This document shows, in pieces, positions 46,909 through 58,236 of a DNA stretch of 64,000 nucleotides; within the stretch, counting starts at the first letter, position 1, and the number at the start of each line of letters is the position of its first letter. A program made the translations under genes and the position numbers. Under the pieces are notes generated by a model. It worked only from the letters and a program-made list of their open reading frames with translations, did no database searches and had not been told where the DNA came from. Source of the DNA: Piedraia hortae CBS 480.64 (Eukaryota); NCBI GenBank assembly GCA_010093745.1, contig MU006006.1, positions 1-64,000 of the forward strand, read 5' to 3'.

Positions 46909-49900
46909 ATGGCCCTGTACAAGAAGAGAGAACGCAAGCACAAGAGACTCGCACGGGAGAATGAGAAAAATGAAGAGAAAAATTCTACACCCGCTGAGAA
47001 CGAGCAAAAAGCGCCGAAAATGAACAGCAAAAAGCGCAAGAGACTGGACAAGTACTTAGAAACGAAGTTGAGAAAGGATGAGGCTGCGAGATTGGTGGCC
47101 CAGCTGGAAAAACATCGGATAGATACGAGTTTGATGAAAAGTTCAAAGCAGCTGGGAAGGGTCAGGGAGACGAAACGGGAGAAATTATCCCGTGCGCTGA
47201 AAGAGCAGCAGGCGGGGATTGGGGGACGGGAGAATGATGATGTGTTGTATGATGTGCGGCCGGAGCCAGAGTCTGAGGAGGAGGAGGAGGAGGAGGAGGA
47301 GGAGGAGGAGGAACAAGATGAAGTTGTGGAGAGGAAGCAGAATGATATTGTCGTGGGTAGCGGACTCAAGGCTCCGCTCGCTGTTGATGAGTCTGGAAGG
47401 CCGATTCTTCCGAAGAGGAAACGGATAAAGACGAACCATGTGCGGGAGACGGCGCATGAAGAAGAAGAAGAAGAAGAAGAAGAAGAAGAAGAAGAAGAAG
47501 AAGAAGAAGAAGAAGAAGAAGAAGAAGAAGAAGAAGAAGAAGAAGAGTGGGATGGGTTCTCATCCGGGAGCGAAGATGCGATATATACCGTTGTCAAGGC
47601 CCCTTCTGAGGCGGAAGAAGACTCGGATGAGGGCTCAGATGGTGGACGTGAAGACGATGACGATGACGTTGACGAGGATGACGATGACGAACATTCGACA
47701 GACGACGATTTCGAGCCGAGAACATCGGCTGTAGCTGCTGCGTTCAAAGCATGGGGAGAGGCCCAACGCAACGCCGCCCTTGGATTCACGCCATCAACTG
47801 CTCCCCTCAACGATCCAGCCGTGAGAGCGCATTTCAAACCCAGAAAACCTTCTCCCGAGCCTGAATGTATCAATCCTGCAGCAACCGCAAAGCGAACCAC
47901 CCACCCAGCAGCGGCCATAACCATTCCCCGCTCAGATGAAATTCAAAACGCCCGTCTCGAACTACCCGTTGTGCGAGAGGAACAGAGAATCATGGAGGCC
48001 ATCCACTGCAACCCCATAGTAGTCGTATGCGGCGAGACTGGATCCGGCAAAACGACTCAAGTGCCGCAGATGCTGCTCGAATCTGGCTACGGGTCATATG
48101 TAGGATCACAATCCGTGCCTGAGAAAGCAGGACCGCAGAGCCAAGGGCTGATTGGCGTGACGCAGCCTCGACGTGTGGCTGCCATGTCCGTTGCTGACCG
48201 CGTGGCATCCGAATTGGGGCCCGAGTACAAGAACAGAGTGGCACATCAGGTTCGATACGACTCTTCGGTCACAAAAAACACAACCATCAAGTTCATGACG
48301 GATGGCATTTTACTGCGTGAAATCAGCCAGGATTTCTTCCTGTCAAAGTACTCTGCCATCATCATAGACGAGGCACACGAGCGAAGCGTCAACACAGATG
48401 TCCTCATAGGCATGCTCTCCCGTATTGTCAAACGGTCAGAGATCGATCCAGACAAATACTATCCGCTCAAAGTCATCATCATGTCAGCCACGATGAGGGT
48501 CGATGGTTTTCTCAACAACGCAAAGCTGTTCCGTCAGGGCCCGCCGCCAGTAATCGAAGTAGAGGGAAGACAGCACCATGTGACGATCCACTTCGCCCGC
48601 AAAACAAAACTCGGCTACGTGAGTGAAATGGTGGAAAAAGTAGCCCGAGGCCATAGAAAGCTACCAGCAGGAGGCATGTTGGTCTTCCTAACCAGCCAAG
48701 ACGAGATCGAAACCGTCGAACGTCGCCTCAGAGAAAACCTCCTAGGCACCACCTCCCTAGACGACTACGACGACTCCTCCGGCGACGAATTCCACGTCCC
48801 GGACGAGCCTCCAACCAAAAAGCTGACACCACACATCCTCCCCCTCTACGCTTCTCTCCCCTCCTCCCAACAACTCCTCGTCTTCCAACCCCCTCCCCAG
48901 AACTCCCGCTCCATCATCCTCGCAACAAACGTAGCCGAAACATCCCTCACCATCCCGGGCATCCGGTACGTCTTTGACAGCGGACGGAGCAAGACCAAGC
49001 TCTACAACCTCACCACAGGCGTCCAAACCTACGAAGTAGGCTGGATCTCCCAATCCTCGGCATCCCAACGCTCCGGCCGCGCGGGTCGCATCGGACCAGG
49101 CCATTGCTACCGCCTCTACTCCTCGGCCATCTACTCCACCTTCCCCGTCCATTCCCCCCCCGAAATCCTCCGCACCCCCCTCGAAACAACCATCCTCCAA
49201 CTAAAATCCCTCCAAATCGACAAAGTAATAAACTTCCCATTCCCAACACCCCCTGACCCAACCCAAATCGCATCCGCGGAACATCTCTTAACCAACCTCG
49301 GGGCTCTAACGCCGGAAGGGGAGGTAACATCTCTAGGAAAAGAACTACAACACCTCCCCCTCAACCCGCGACACGGGAAGATCATCCTCCTCGCGAAGCG
49401 GAACAACGTCCTGCCACATGCAATAGACATCGTAGCGGCATTAGCGGTGGGGAATTTACTCCTGCAAACCCCCCAGGGGAATGCGCAAAGCTATGGTCGT
49501 GCACAAGCGTCCCTCTCACGCCTCGACCCGCGGAGCGATGTGCTCAAACTCCTCGTTGCGGTTGGTGAGTTTGGCAACGCGTCGGGAGGGGAGATGCCGC
49601 TGTCTGCGCCGAAGAGGTGCTGTGCGGAGTTGTTCTTGAATGAGAAAGCCGCAAAGGAGACGCTGGCGCTTAGGGAGCAGTTGGATGGGATTGTGAGGAG
49701 GGTTTATTCCCAGGTGAGGAGGGAGGGGGGGAAGATGCCTACGGCAAAGGAGAAGAAGGTGCTATGTGAGTGTCTCGCTGCGGGGTTTGTGGATTGCATT
49801 GCTATGCGGTCTGATCTGCTACCTGATGGGAAGAAGGGTAGGGATGCTTCGCGGGTGGGGTATAGGACTTTGTTTTCGGGGGATGTGTTTGTGCATTCTT

Positions 49901-50235
49901 CGAGTTTGCTTGCGAGGCTGGATGCGGGTGAGATGCCGCGGTTTGTGGTCTATTCGCATCTTTCACGGAGAGAGGAGGGGAAGGTTAGAATGCATCCGCT
50001 TACGACTCTGTCGGGGAGACAGGTTGCGCATCTGGCTGAGGGGACGGGGTTGTTGGTTTTTGGGACGCCGGTTGCGGGGAGTACGATCGAGGAGGTAGAG
50101 GAAGGGAGGGTGAGGAGGTGTAGTGTTATGGTTAGTTTGAGGGGGAATGGACAAGAGTGGCCTCTTGCCGTGTGGAAGGTGGTGCAGAGGAGGAGGAGGG
50201 GGGTTTGGGTTGTGGAGAGTGTGCTTGAGAGGTGA
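46909..50235 (+). CDS. DHR1: DEAH-box RNA helicase of the SSU processome (Dhr1/DHX37)
   Basis: SKKRKRLDKYLETKLRK; IQNARLELPVVREEQRIMEAI; GETGSGKTTQVPQ; DEAH; SAT; ATNVAETSLTIPG; QRSGRAGRIGPGHCYRLYSS. Confidence 0.93.
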   Translation: MALYKKRERKHKRLARENEKNEEKNSTPAENEQKAPKMNSKKRKRLDKYLETKLRKDEAARLVAQLEKHRIDTSLMKSSKQLGRVRETKREKLSRALKEQQAGIGGRENDDVLYDVRPEPESEEEEEEEEEEEEEQDEVVERKQNDIVVGSGLKAPLAVDESGRPILPKRKRIKTNHVRETAHEEEEEEEEEEEEEEEEEEEEEEEEEEEEEEWDGFSSGSEDAIYTVVKAPSEAEEDSDEGSDGGREDDDDDVDEDDDDEHSTDDDFEPRTSAVAAAFKAWGEAQRNAALGFTPSTAPLNDPAVRAHFKPRKPSPEPECINPAATAKRTTHPAAAITIPRSDEIQNARLELPVVREEQRIMEAIHCNPIVVVCGETGSGKTTQVPQMLLESGYGSYVGSQSVPEKAGPQSQGLIGVTQPRRVAAMSVADRVASELGPEYKNRVAHQVRYDSSVTKNTTIKFMTDGILLREISQDFFLSKYSAIIIDEAHERSVNTDVLIGMLSRIVKRSEIDPDKYYPLKVIIMSATMRVDGFLNNAKLFRQGPPPVIEVEGRQHHVTIHFARKTKLGYVSEMVEKVARGHRKLPAGGMLVFLTSQDEIETVERRLRENLLGTTSLDDYDDSSGDEFHVPDEPPTKKLTPHILPLYASLPSSQQLLVFQPPPQNSRSIILATNVAETSLTIPGIRYVFDSGRSKTKLYNLTTGVQTYEVGWISQSSASQRSGRAGRIGPGHCYRLYSSAIYSTFPVHSPPEILRTPLETTILQLKSLQIDKVINFPFPTPPDPTQIASAEHLLTNLGALTPEGEVTSLGKELQHLPLNPRHGKIILLAKRNNVLPHAIDIVAALAVGNLLLQTPQGNAQSYGRAQASLSRLDPRSDVLKLLVAVGEFGNASGGEMPLSAPKRCCAELFLNEKAAKETLALREQLDGIVRRVYSQVRREGGKMPTAKEKKVLCECLAAGFVDCIAMRSDLLPDGKKGRDASRVGYRTLFSGDVFVHSSSLLARLDAGEMPRFVVYSHLSRREEGKVRMHPLTTLSGRQVAHLAEGTGLLVFGTPVAGSTIEEVEEGRVRRCSVMVSLRGNGQEWPLAVWKVVQRRRRGVWVVESVLER
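47275..47310 (+). repeat. (GAG)12 coding microsatellite
   Basis: Direct count within DHR1. Confidence 0.95.
47458..47544 (+). repeat. (GAA)29 coding microsatellite (poly-Glu)
   Basis: Direct count; perfect run within DHR1. Confidence 0.95.
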
Positions 50236-50506
50236 TATCACTCACTGTACTGTTGGGGGGGGGGGGGGAGATGCAGACGCCTCCACGGAGATCAACCCGG
50301 GGAAATTCCAGTTGTTGCTCAGTCAGCCTCGGATTGTCTGAGTGAAGGCGTCCTGACGTTTATGTGATAAGGTTAGAATGCTCCTGCAACGGTCCAGTCA
50401 GCTCGCTTTGGCGTCGCACGTTGCATGTTTCCTTTTCCTTGGTCATCCAGCCTCTTGCGTAGATCCTGCTATATAGCCATGTTATCGAAACATTTGGGAC
50501 ACAATC

Positions 50507-52510
50507 ATGGCCATCCTGGCTCTGTTGGCAGCACAATGTGCATTCACTCTCGCTATCAGCAACAAGTCGTATACCGCGTCGACGGGGATCCCTAGCGGAG
50601 TCTTTTCATCTTACTATCCCGTAGCCAGTGGAGCTGAGCCTCAACCAGTCGTCTACGACCCGGTCCTGAAGGCTGCATTTCCCTACAACCTGACAGACCC
50701 GGATCACATCTCTACCAACGACCCGGACCCTGTGTACTTTCCCCAGCCAGTTGCCAACCTCACCCTTGACGCGCAAAAGGAAGTCATCGAGACTCTGACC
50801 AAGCAGATCTTGCAGATTGGCAACGCGTCCAACATCAACAGCTCATGCGACAAATGTCTCGCTGGGCTGGCAATCGCAAAGACGGCAGCCCAGCTGGCGC
50901 CAGAGCTCGTGCCCGATGCCATGGTCAATCTCTGCATCCAGACGGGCTTCAAGAAGGCAGCCAATTGTAAAGACCAATATGCCAAGAACACTTACGGCAG
51001 CATCATCACCCAAGTCCTGACTCTTGCCGACGTGACCGGCCTCGACGGACAGTATATCTGCAACTACATGTCCAAGAAGTTCTGTCCCTACCCAGCACCC
51101 ACGCCACTGGACACAACAAAGTACTTCCCCAAGCCCCGTCCCGCCAACGCAACCAAGCCCAAAGCGAGCGGCAAACGCGTCAAAGTGGTGCACCTGAGCG
51201 ACATCCACCTCGACCCGCGCTACAAACCCGGCAGCGAGGTAAACTGCACGGGAATTGGCGTCTGCTGTCGCTCCACCAGCACGCAATCCTACCCTCCCAT
51301 GCTCCCCGCCCCCTTCTACGGCGCCTACACCTGCGACTCACCCTACTCCCTGATCTTCTCCGCCCTCCAGTCCATCAGCACCTTGACCTCAACCAACAAA
51401 AGTTGCCCCCTCGCCTGGTCCATCTTCACTGGGGACCTAACCACCCACGGCCCTGAACGGGAACAGTTTCACTCCCTAACCGAGTACGCCGAAACGAGCG
51501 TCGCAACCATGCTCAAATCCTATCTCACCGGCCCGGTGTACTCTGCTCTCGGAAACCACGACACGGACGCGACCGCCACAGACTCCCCACACGGCCTCCC
51601 CTCCATCCCCCAGGGCCAGTTCTCCTGGAACTACAACCATGTCTCTTCCCTCTGGCAGCACGAAGGCTGGCTCGACGCGTCCACCGCAGCCTCCGCCCGA
51701 ACCCACTACGGGGGCTACAGCCTCCGCACCCCCAGCGGTCTTCGCATCATATCCCTCAACACCGACTTCTGGCTCCGGGGGAACTACTTCAACTACATCA
51801 ACACCACCAACCCCGACGTGAGCGGGCAGCTGAAGTTCCTAATCACCGAACTCCAGCACGCAGAGGACAAGCACGAGAGGGTGTGGATAATCGGACACGT
51901 CCCCACGGGGTGGGACGGTGGAGATGCATTGCAGAACCCGAGTAACCTCTTCTATGCGATTGTGGAGCGGTACAGTCCCCATGTCATTGCGGGGGTGTTT
52001 TTCGGGCATAAACACGAGGATGAAGTCACGGTATTCTACGACAGAGGGAGGGAAGGGAGGAGGGATGCTCCGCTTAATGCCGCATGGATTGGACCTAGCA
52101 TCACTCCGTTGACGTATTTGAATTCGGGGTTCAGATTGTATGAGGTTGATACGGGGTCGTGGGAGGTTTACGATGCGTATACGTTTTATGCGAGGGTTGA
52201 TGAGTTTGGGGAGCTTGGGGGACACGGGCCGGTTTGGGGGCTGGAATATTCGACTCGAGAGGCGTATGGGCCTTGGCCGGAGGACGAGCCGTTGGATGGG
52301 CGGTTTTGGGAACATGTGGCGAGCAAGATGGAGAATAATACGGGGCTGGCGGGGTTGTTTAATACCCACCAGGGGAAGAGCTCGGTTATGAGTCCAAAGT
52401 GCGTGACGAAAGAGTGTGCGCAGGCAAAGGCGTGTTACATTCGATCGGGGAGCACGGTTTTGGGCAAGGCGTGTCCGCAGGATTATGCGAGTGTGCAGGG
52501 CGAGTCTTAG
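50507..52510 (+). CDS. Secreted/vacuolar acid sphingomyelinase-like metallophosphoesterase
   Basis: Signal peptide; saposin-like Cys pattern; HLSDIHLDP, TGDLTTH, LGNHD, IIGHVP, FFGHKH. Confidence 0.88.
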   Translation: MAILALLAAQCAFTLAISNKSYTASTGIPSGVFSSYYPVASGAEPQPVVYDPVLKAAFPYNLTDPDHISTNDPDPVYFPQPVANLTLDAQKEVIETLTKQILQIGNASNINSSCDKCLAGLAIAKTAAQLAPELVPDAMVNLCIQTGFKKAANCKDQYAKNTYGSIITQVLTLADVTGLDGQYICNYMSKKFCPYPAPTPLDTTKYFPKPRPANATKPKASGKRVKVVHLSDIHLDPRYKPGSEVNCTGIGVCCRSTSTQSYPPMLPAPFYGAYTCDSPYSLIFSALQSISTLTSTNKSCPLAWSIFTGDLTTHGPEREQFHSLTEYAETSVATMLKSYLTGPVYSALGNHDTDATATDSPHGLPSIPQGQFSWNYNHVSSLWQHEGWLDASTAASARTHYGGYSLRTPSGLRIISLNTDFWLRGNYFNYINTTNPDVSGQLKFLITELQHAEDKHERVWIIGHVPTGWDGGDALQNPSNLFYAIVERYSPHVIAGVFFGHKHEDEVTVFYDRGREGRRDAPLNAAWIGPSITPLTYLNSGFRLYEVDTGSWEVYDAYTFYARVDEFGELGGHGPVWGLEYSTREAYGPWPEDEPLDGRFWEHVASKMENNTGLAGLFNTHQGKSSVMSPKCVTKECAQAKACYIRSGSTVLGKACPQDYASVQGES

Positions 52511-52528
52511 ATAGATAGATAGATAGAG

Positions 52529-53260
52529 CTATTTGTTTTTTTTGGTGGCCCGACGCTGTTCCCATCGTTCCCAGCCTGGGTCGACGAGGTCTTCGTGTAG
52601 GACTAGATCGCGGAGTCGGACCCAGCGGGATGGGGGGAGGCCGAGGAGCCAGTCTAGCAGGCCCGAAGACCGCGCGAGGCCGGTGGCCAGAAACCAGCCA
52701 AGTGCACAGGCGACGCCAATGGCGAATCCGGTGTAGGCTTGCCGCGGCGTGTGGTAGTTGAGGTAGATGCGACTTTGCGTGACGCCCACGGCGCAGAACA
52801 GGGACAAGACGGCAAGGGCCAGACGATGTCTAAACGGCGTTGGAATATGCGTCGACGACGAGTGCGGCCGGTGAGGATCGTGTCGCAGCAAGATGAACAG
52901 GGAGAAGAAGGTGGAAAAGAAGGCTACGTATTGCGAATGCGACGACGGCATCCCGTAGCCTTTTCCGTGCATTTCTATGGACGATCAGCAAGTGCTGACT
53001 AGAGGGAACACGAAAGGCATACGGGTCGGTCGCTCCTCTTTGATCCACCGCTTCAGACACCAATTCAGCGCCTCACAGCCCATCTGGCCCGCAAACATGA
53101 GGCAAATCTCCGCCTCGCGTGTCGCCCACATCAGCGTCACATATGTGATGGTCAGCGCCTGCGGCACCAACGCCAGGTAGGCAGACAGGTGTGACCATGG
53201 ATCGTTCGGGTTGTAGTGCACATGGGTCAACGACAGCGACGCCAACGGTGGGTTTTCCAT
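52529..53260 (-). CDS. CAX4: Dolichyl pyrophosphate phosphatase (PAP2 family)
   Basis: MENPPLASLSLTHVHY..; LKRWIKEERP; intron 52975-53022; GYGMPSSHSQ; SRIYLNYHTPRQ. Confidence 0.88.
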
Positions 53261-53412
53261 GGTGGTGAAGTCGGAGGTCCGATGCAGCCAGATGTGGTTA
53301 GCGCTGTGATGTTCCAAGTGACGTCACGTCTATTCCCCCTCCCCCCACCCCCACATTCCCCCACATTCGACCCCTCGGCGCTCAATTGCTCAACAATTTT
53401 ACACTCCCTACC

Positions 53413-54714
53413 ATGGACGACGACGAGCGCAACGAAGAGCTAAGCGCCCTCCAGGCCATCTACCCCGACGAAATCGCCATAGATCTTTCCAACTACATTG
53501 CAACTCTCGACGTCAACGTCATCCTGGCGAAGCCAATCACGGTGCATTTCTCGTCCGACGAGACGGCGGTGTTGACACGACTGCCACCATTACGACTGCG
53601 CATGTCGCTGCCACCGGGCTATCCTGGGCGCAAGGCACCTATTATAATCATCACATCACATCACAACTGGCTGCACCCGTGCGAACGCGACAAGCTGGAG
53701 GCCGCGGCGACCACGCTGTGGGAAGAAAGCGGCCACGGCCAGATGCTGTACAGCTACATAGACCATGTGCAGCAGACGGCAGAGCAAGGTCTGGGTCTGG
53801 ACTGGCTGGTTTTGCCCGGCCATCTCAAGGCCCCGCTGGAGACCTACGAAGAAGCAGCAAAACGCGACGAATTCCACCAAACCTCGTTCTTCTGCGGCAT
53901 CTGTCTCGACCCCAAGCGCGGCTTCGACTGCTACCGTTTAGAAGGATGCGGCCACGTCTTCTGCAACTCCTGTCTCCAAGCCTTCTACTCCGACGCCATC
54001 GCCGAGGGCAACGTCCGCGCCGTCGTCTGTCCCGACGCAACCTGCACCTCCACCCGCCGCGCCCTCCACCCTCGCGAACTCCTCGCCATGGGCCTCGAAG
54101 ACGCCATCGCCCGCCGCTACGTCGTCATGAAGCGCAAGAAGCGTCTGGACGCGGACAAAACCACCATCTACTGCCCTCGCTCCTGGTGTCAGGCCCCCGC
54201 CCGCGGAGCAAAAGTCCCTCCCATCCCGCCCAACCTAAACGACTACATCGACATCGACGACGATGACGACGTTGACAAACCCATTCCCATCGACACCCCA
54301 AACGAAATCGACCGCCTCTCCATCTGCGAAAAATGCGAATTCGCATTCTGCCGCATCTGCCACAAGAGCTGGCACGGCGAATTCACACGCTGCAGACCGC
54401 CTAACTCCGAAGAGGAAATCTCCGCCGAAGACCAGGCCTCATTCGACTACATCAAATACCATCTAAGCGCGTGTCCCCAATGCTCGGCCCCCGTGCAGAA
54501 GACTTATGGGTGCAATCATATGCATTGTAACCTGTGCCAGACGCATTTTTGTTACCTCTGTAGTGCGTGGTTGCACCCCGCGAACCCGTACGCGCATTTT
54601 AATCAGGTGAAGTCGAGCTGTTATATGCTGCTTTGGGAGGGGGAGGAGGGGGATGAGACTGCGGAGAGGGATGTGGGTGAAGAGGAGATGATTGATGTGG
54701 TGGAAGTGCGGTAG
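53413..54714 (+). CDS. ITT1: RWD + RBR (RING-IBR-RING) E3 ubiquitin ligase, RNF14-like
   Basis: RWD ERNEELSALQAIYP..LPPGYP; RING1 CGICLD..CGHVFC..C; IBR YCPRSWC; RING2 CPQC..KTYGCNHMHC..CQTHFCYLC. Confidence 0.85.
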   Translation: MDDDERNEELSALQAIYPDEIAIDLSNYIATLDVNVILAKPITVHFSSDETAVLTRLPPLRLRMSLPPGYPGRKAPIIIITSHHNWLHPCERDKLEAAATTLWEESGHGQMLYSYIDHVQQTAEQGLGLDWLVLPGHLKAPLETYEEAAKRDEFHQTSFFCGICLDPKRGFDCYRLEGCGHVFCNSCLQAFYSDAIAEGNVRAVVCPDATCTSTRRALHPRELLAMGLEDAIARRYVVMKRKKRLDADKTTIYCPRSWCQAPARGAKVPPIPPNLNDYIDIDDDDDVDKPIPIDTPNEIDRLSICEKCEFAFCRICHKSWHGEFTRCRPPNSEEEISAEDQASFDYIKYHLSACPQCSAPVQKTYGCNHMHCNLCQTHFCYLCSAWLHPANPYAHFNQVKSSCYMLLWEGEEGDETAERDVGEEEMIDVVEVR

Positions 54715-56866
54715 TATGGGTGTGGGGGGCTGCATTGTATGTCTATATATCTTGTGGATAGTGGATGGACAGTTAGCTCCCAATTTGTCTCAGCAAGCTC
54801 GATCAGATGGAAGTATGCTTAAGTGTGACGGGATGGTATGTGCGGCGGGGTAAAGGCTTGGCGTGACCCCACCACACTGCGGTTTTTGAGGTGACGTGCG
54901 GTCTTCTCATTCTCTTTTCTTTGGTCCACTCAATGCATCATTCATCATCTGCGTGCGCATAAGTAGGGCTATGGGTGTAGGCGGGAGAAGGTTGCCGGCG
55001 TGATGCGGCGGTCTCTGGCGGATGGCTGTGAGCTCTGGCATCCCTGAGCCCGATGGACACGGCATTTGGCAGGCCCGTGGGCAACGATCCGGTACCATTT
55101 TGTGGAGACTGTTTTCAAGCGTTGACCAAGTGGCCCCGCGGGCGGGTGGAAAAGCCTGCAGTGGAAAAGAGTTGTGTATACGGACAAGCAAGGGATTTAC
55201 AAGTAAACTCGAGGGCTATTACTGCTTGGCCTTTGACGATGTTGTCTTCGTTTGCGCTGAACACCCCAGGCAGAAGGCTCGCAATTACTTAAGATCAAAT
55301 TCGTCCTAGGTAGATGGCATATCTTTGCGTCTTCTCTTGTCTTGACGACGAAACGCTATAGACTGTCCTGGATTGATACACCTGGACGAAGAAGATGTCC
55401 TCCGACTTGTACCTTTCGGGCTCATAAGGATTTCACCACCTACTCCCGTTCGCGCGATCTACCTGAACGACAGTAAACGATTCAAGAATACCGCGAGCCT
55501 GCGTTTCCCCTGGAACAGCATCACGCTAACACATGCTGTTTGCAAATGTGCAAACCTTGCACAGTGTGACAGCTTGGCGATGTGATTATGTTTTTTTCTG
55601 TTCTACAGTTCGCCACGGAGCGATCCGCAGGTGATGACCCACATCCCTGACCAGGGTTCGAGTACTCGGGAATTTTCTTGTATCTCTAGATACGCGTGTA
55701 CACTGACACACCTGTGAGGTGCCGCTGCTTATTAGAACATTTTCTGGAAAAAAAAAAGAAAAAAGAAAACAAAAGGCACCAATGACTCTGGCCATAGTGC
55801 CATATCAACGGCGGCCTCCCGTTTGCTTGCCCAACACGACTTACGCAAGAGTTCAAGCGCCTCCAGCAGCTGGGAATCACCAAGAACCAAGAAAGAGTTC
55901 AAGTGCCTCCAGCAGCCGAGAATCGTCAGATCGGCCCACTGTTCAACCCTCCTTCAACACTCCCAAGTTGGCGGGTCCAACACCTCCGCCCACAGATGGG
56001 CCTCGACCTGTTATCCAGCAGCCATCATCTCTGCTCACTCGGCACTGCTCGATGATGACCTTTATCACGCAGGCCAACCGCTACTTACCCTTGCGGTTGC
56101 GTTTCATTCACGTATACGCACGGGAAAAGGGTATAAAGACGATCGTCTTGTGACGAGGAAAGGTTTGTTTTACTGGTTCCCGGAGAGGCTGGGGCAAAGT
56201 CACCAAGGGAATCATGTTTTGACTCAGCAGCTGGAGCGTGAATCGGCTGGTACAGTGGAGCGGTGGGTTGGGGATTGAAAATGAGAGATAAATATGGCAG
56301 AAGTTTTGGAGAGTACAACATCCTTTATGATGTGAGTGTGGGTTGTTTGACTACGTGCCAAAGTTTTGCGTCTGACAAATTTCTGTTCTTTTCAGCGGCT
56401 TTTCAGCTTCAGACTCTATGCGACATCAGTACAAATATAATGAACGCCCTGGCCGTGGCCAATTGATGCTCTGTCTGTGTGCACGAGACAGATATATATT
56501 TTCACTTGGAGAAGTGCAACTCCCAACGTAGTGTAAATTATCGAAGAGATGTGGGACAAGTTGGAGGTGTCTCGGTAGAAGTAGAGCAGCCAGAAGTCGG
56601 TTTCGTTTTCGGTGTACATAGACTCTGCTGAAAAGATATATCTATTTTCTCATCTACATTCACAGGTCCACGCTACAAGGGGATATCGTTGGCAAGCCAT
56701 AACCAACATTCAGCTACCCTCTCAGCGTAGTAGAAGCAGAGTCCACCTACATATCAAAGTAAGTCTAACTTAAATTTCACACACAAATCATCGTGCGCTT
56801 CCAATCCTAACCCTACCTCCCCACAATCAACCAACCAACCACTGCAACAAAGACTAAGAGACAAAA

Positions 56867-57899
56867 ATGTCCGAAGAAGCCTACGAAATCGCAAACGTGC
56901 ACGACGTGTACGACAAAATCGCCCCTCATTTTTCAAAGACGAGGTATAAGGTACCATTCTCTTTCCGGGCGAACAGCCTACGTACTCGATAAAGGTAATT
57001 TTGAACTAATGGAAGTTTTGAAGCCATGGCCCCGAATAGTCTCGTTCATCGAAACCCTCCCCCCTGGCTCCGTGGGGATTGAGCTTGGATGTGGAAATGG
57101 GAAAAATCTCTCCATTGGGGAGGTTTTTACACTGGGGAGTGATCGGTCTGAGAAACTTGTTAAAATTGCTGCTGAGCAATCGAAGAAGTGTAATAAATCC
57201 TCGCCGCAGAGCGAAAACGATAAATCCCCACCGCAGAACAAGCACGGCAAATCACCACAGAACAAAAACGATCAACCCTCACCGCAAAGCAAAGATAACG
57301 AACCCCCACCACCAAACGAAAATAACAACTCCTCATCACGAAACGAGAATGATAACCCCCCACCCCAACCCAAACATCCCAAGCCCGCTGCGCAGCAAAA
57401 TTCCCAACAGAACAAAATTCCTAGCACCGATAACAAGAACGATAAACCCGACGCGCAGCAACCCTCCCAATCCAAAAACCCCACACCCACCGCGAAGCAT
57501 CCCTCCTCCAACAGCATCTCCGACGCCATAGTCGCAGACCTCCTCTCCCCCCCCCACCCCCCTTCCCGCCTCGACTTTTTTTTAATCATCGCAGCCCTCC
57601 ACCATTTATCAACCCGCCCCCGCCGCGTTTCCGCCCTGCGCGAAGCAATCCTCCTCCTAACACCCACGGGCAAGGGACTAGTAAGCGTTTGGGCGTTTGA
57701 GCAGACTGGTGAGAAACGAAAGTGGACGGGACGGGATGAGTTGGTGCCGTGGACTTTACCCGATGGGAGGGTGATGGGGAGGTATTATCATCTTTATGGG
57801 GAGGGGGAACTGGAGGAGGAAGCTGCCCTGGCGGGCGGGAGGGTAGAGGATCAGGGATGGGAGAGGGGCAATTGGTGGGTTGTTTTGAGCAGGAGGTAG
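56867..57899 (+). CDS. TRM9: tRNA wobble-U (cm5U) methyltransferase
   Basis: YEIANVHDVYDKIAPHFSKTRYK-PWP across intron 56951-57023; ELGCGNGK; IAALHHLSTRPRR; RYYHLY..GEL; WERGNWWV. Confidence 0.88.
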
Positions 57900-58236
57900 G
57901 ATCGGGGGAGAGGGTTCGTTGCATCGATTGATGGAGGTTTCTGTGATGTTTACAGAATTCATCGCGGTGCTTGTGGAACGTATCCGTCACGAACACGGAA
58001 TTTCTTCAACTCTCGTCAACGGGTCGTCTGCAGAGGAACGATCTGCGAATTTCTGCGAATTTCTGCGACGTTTTGTCTTGGTGTTGTTACTCTGACTTCC
58101 AGTCAAATGTCATGGCTGCGAGCTACATGCTACGTGGGAACTGACAAGGATTTCAAAGAGACGATTGATTGGAAGAAAATATTCACTTGATTTTAAAAGT
58201 TATCTGTTCGTTTAGAGAAGAGTTGCAGCGTTTAGG

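Noticed and set aside
46875..47924. Long antisense ORFs (349 aa here; others over EDE1 and KSP1)
   Set aside because: Shadows of real genes and of poly-Glu codon runs.
55847..55930. 46-bp-period two-unit duplication (aagagttcaag.gcctccagcagc), and a 10-bp triple repeat at 58041-58068
   Set aside because: Simple local duplications in unassigned sequence with no further structure; not CRISPR-like.
6318..57899. ELP5 and TRM9 (both act in wobble-U modification) and a tRNA in one window as a functional cluster
   Set aside because: They are 50 kb apart with unrelated genes between, and tRNA-Arg(ACG) has no wobble U. Coincidence suffices.
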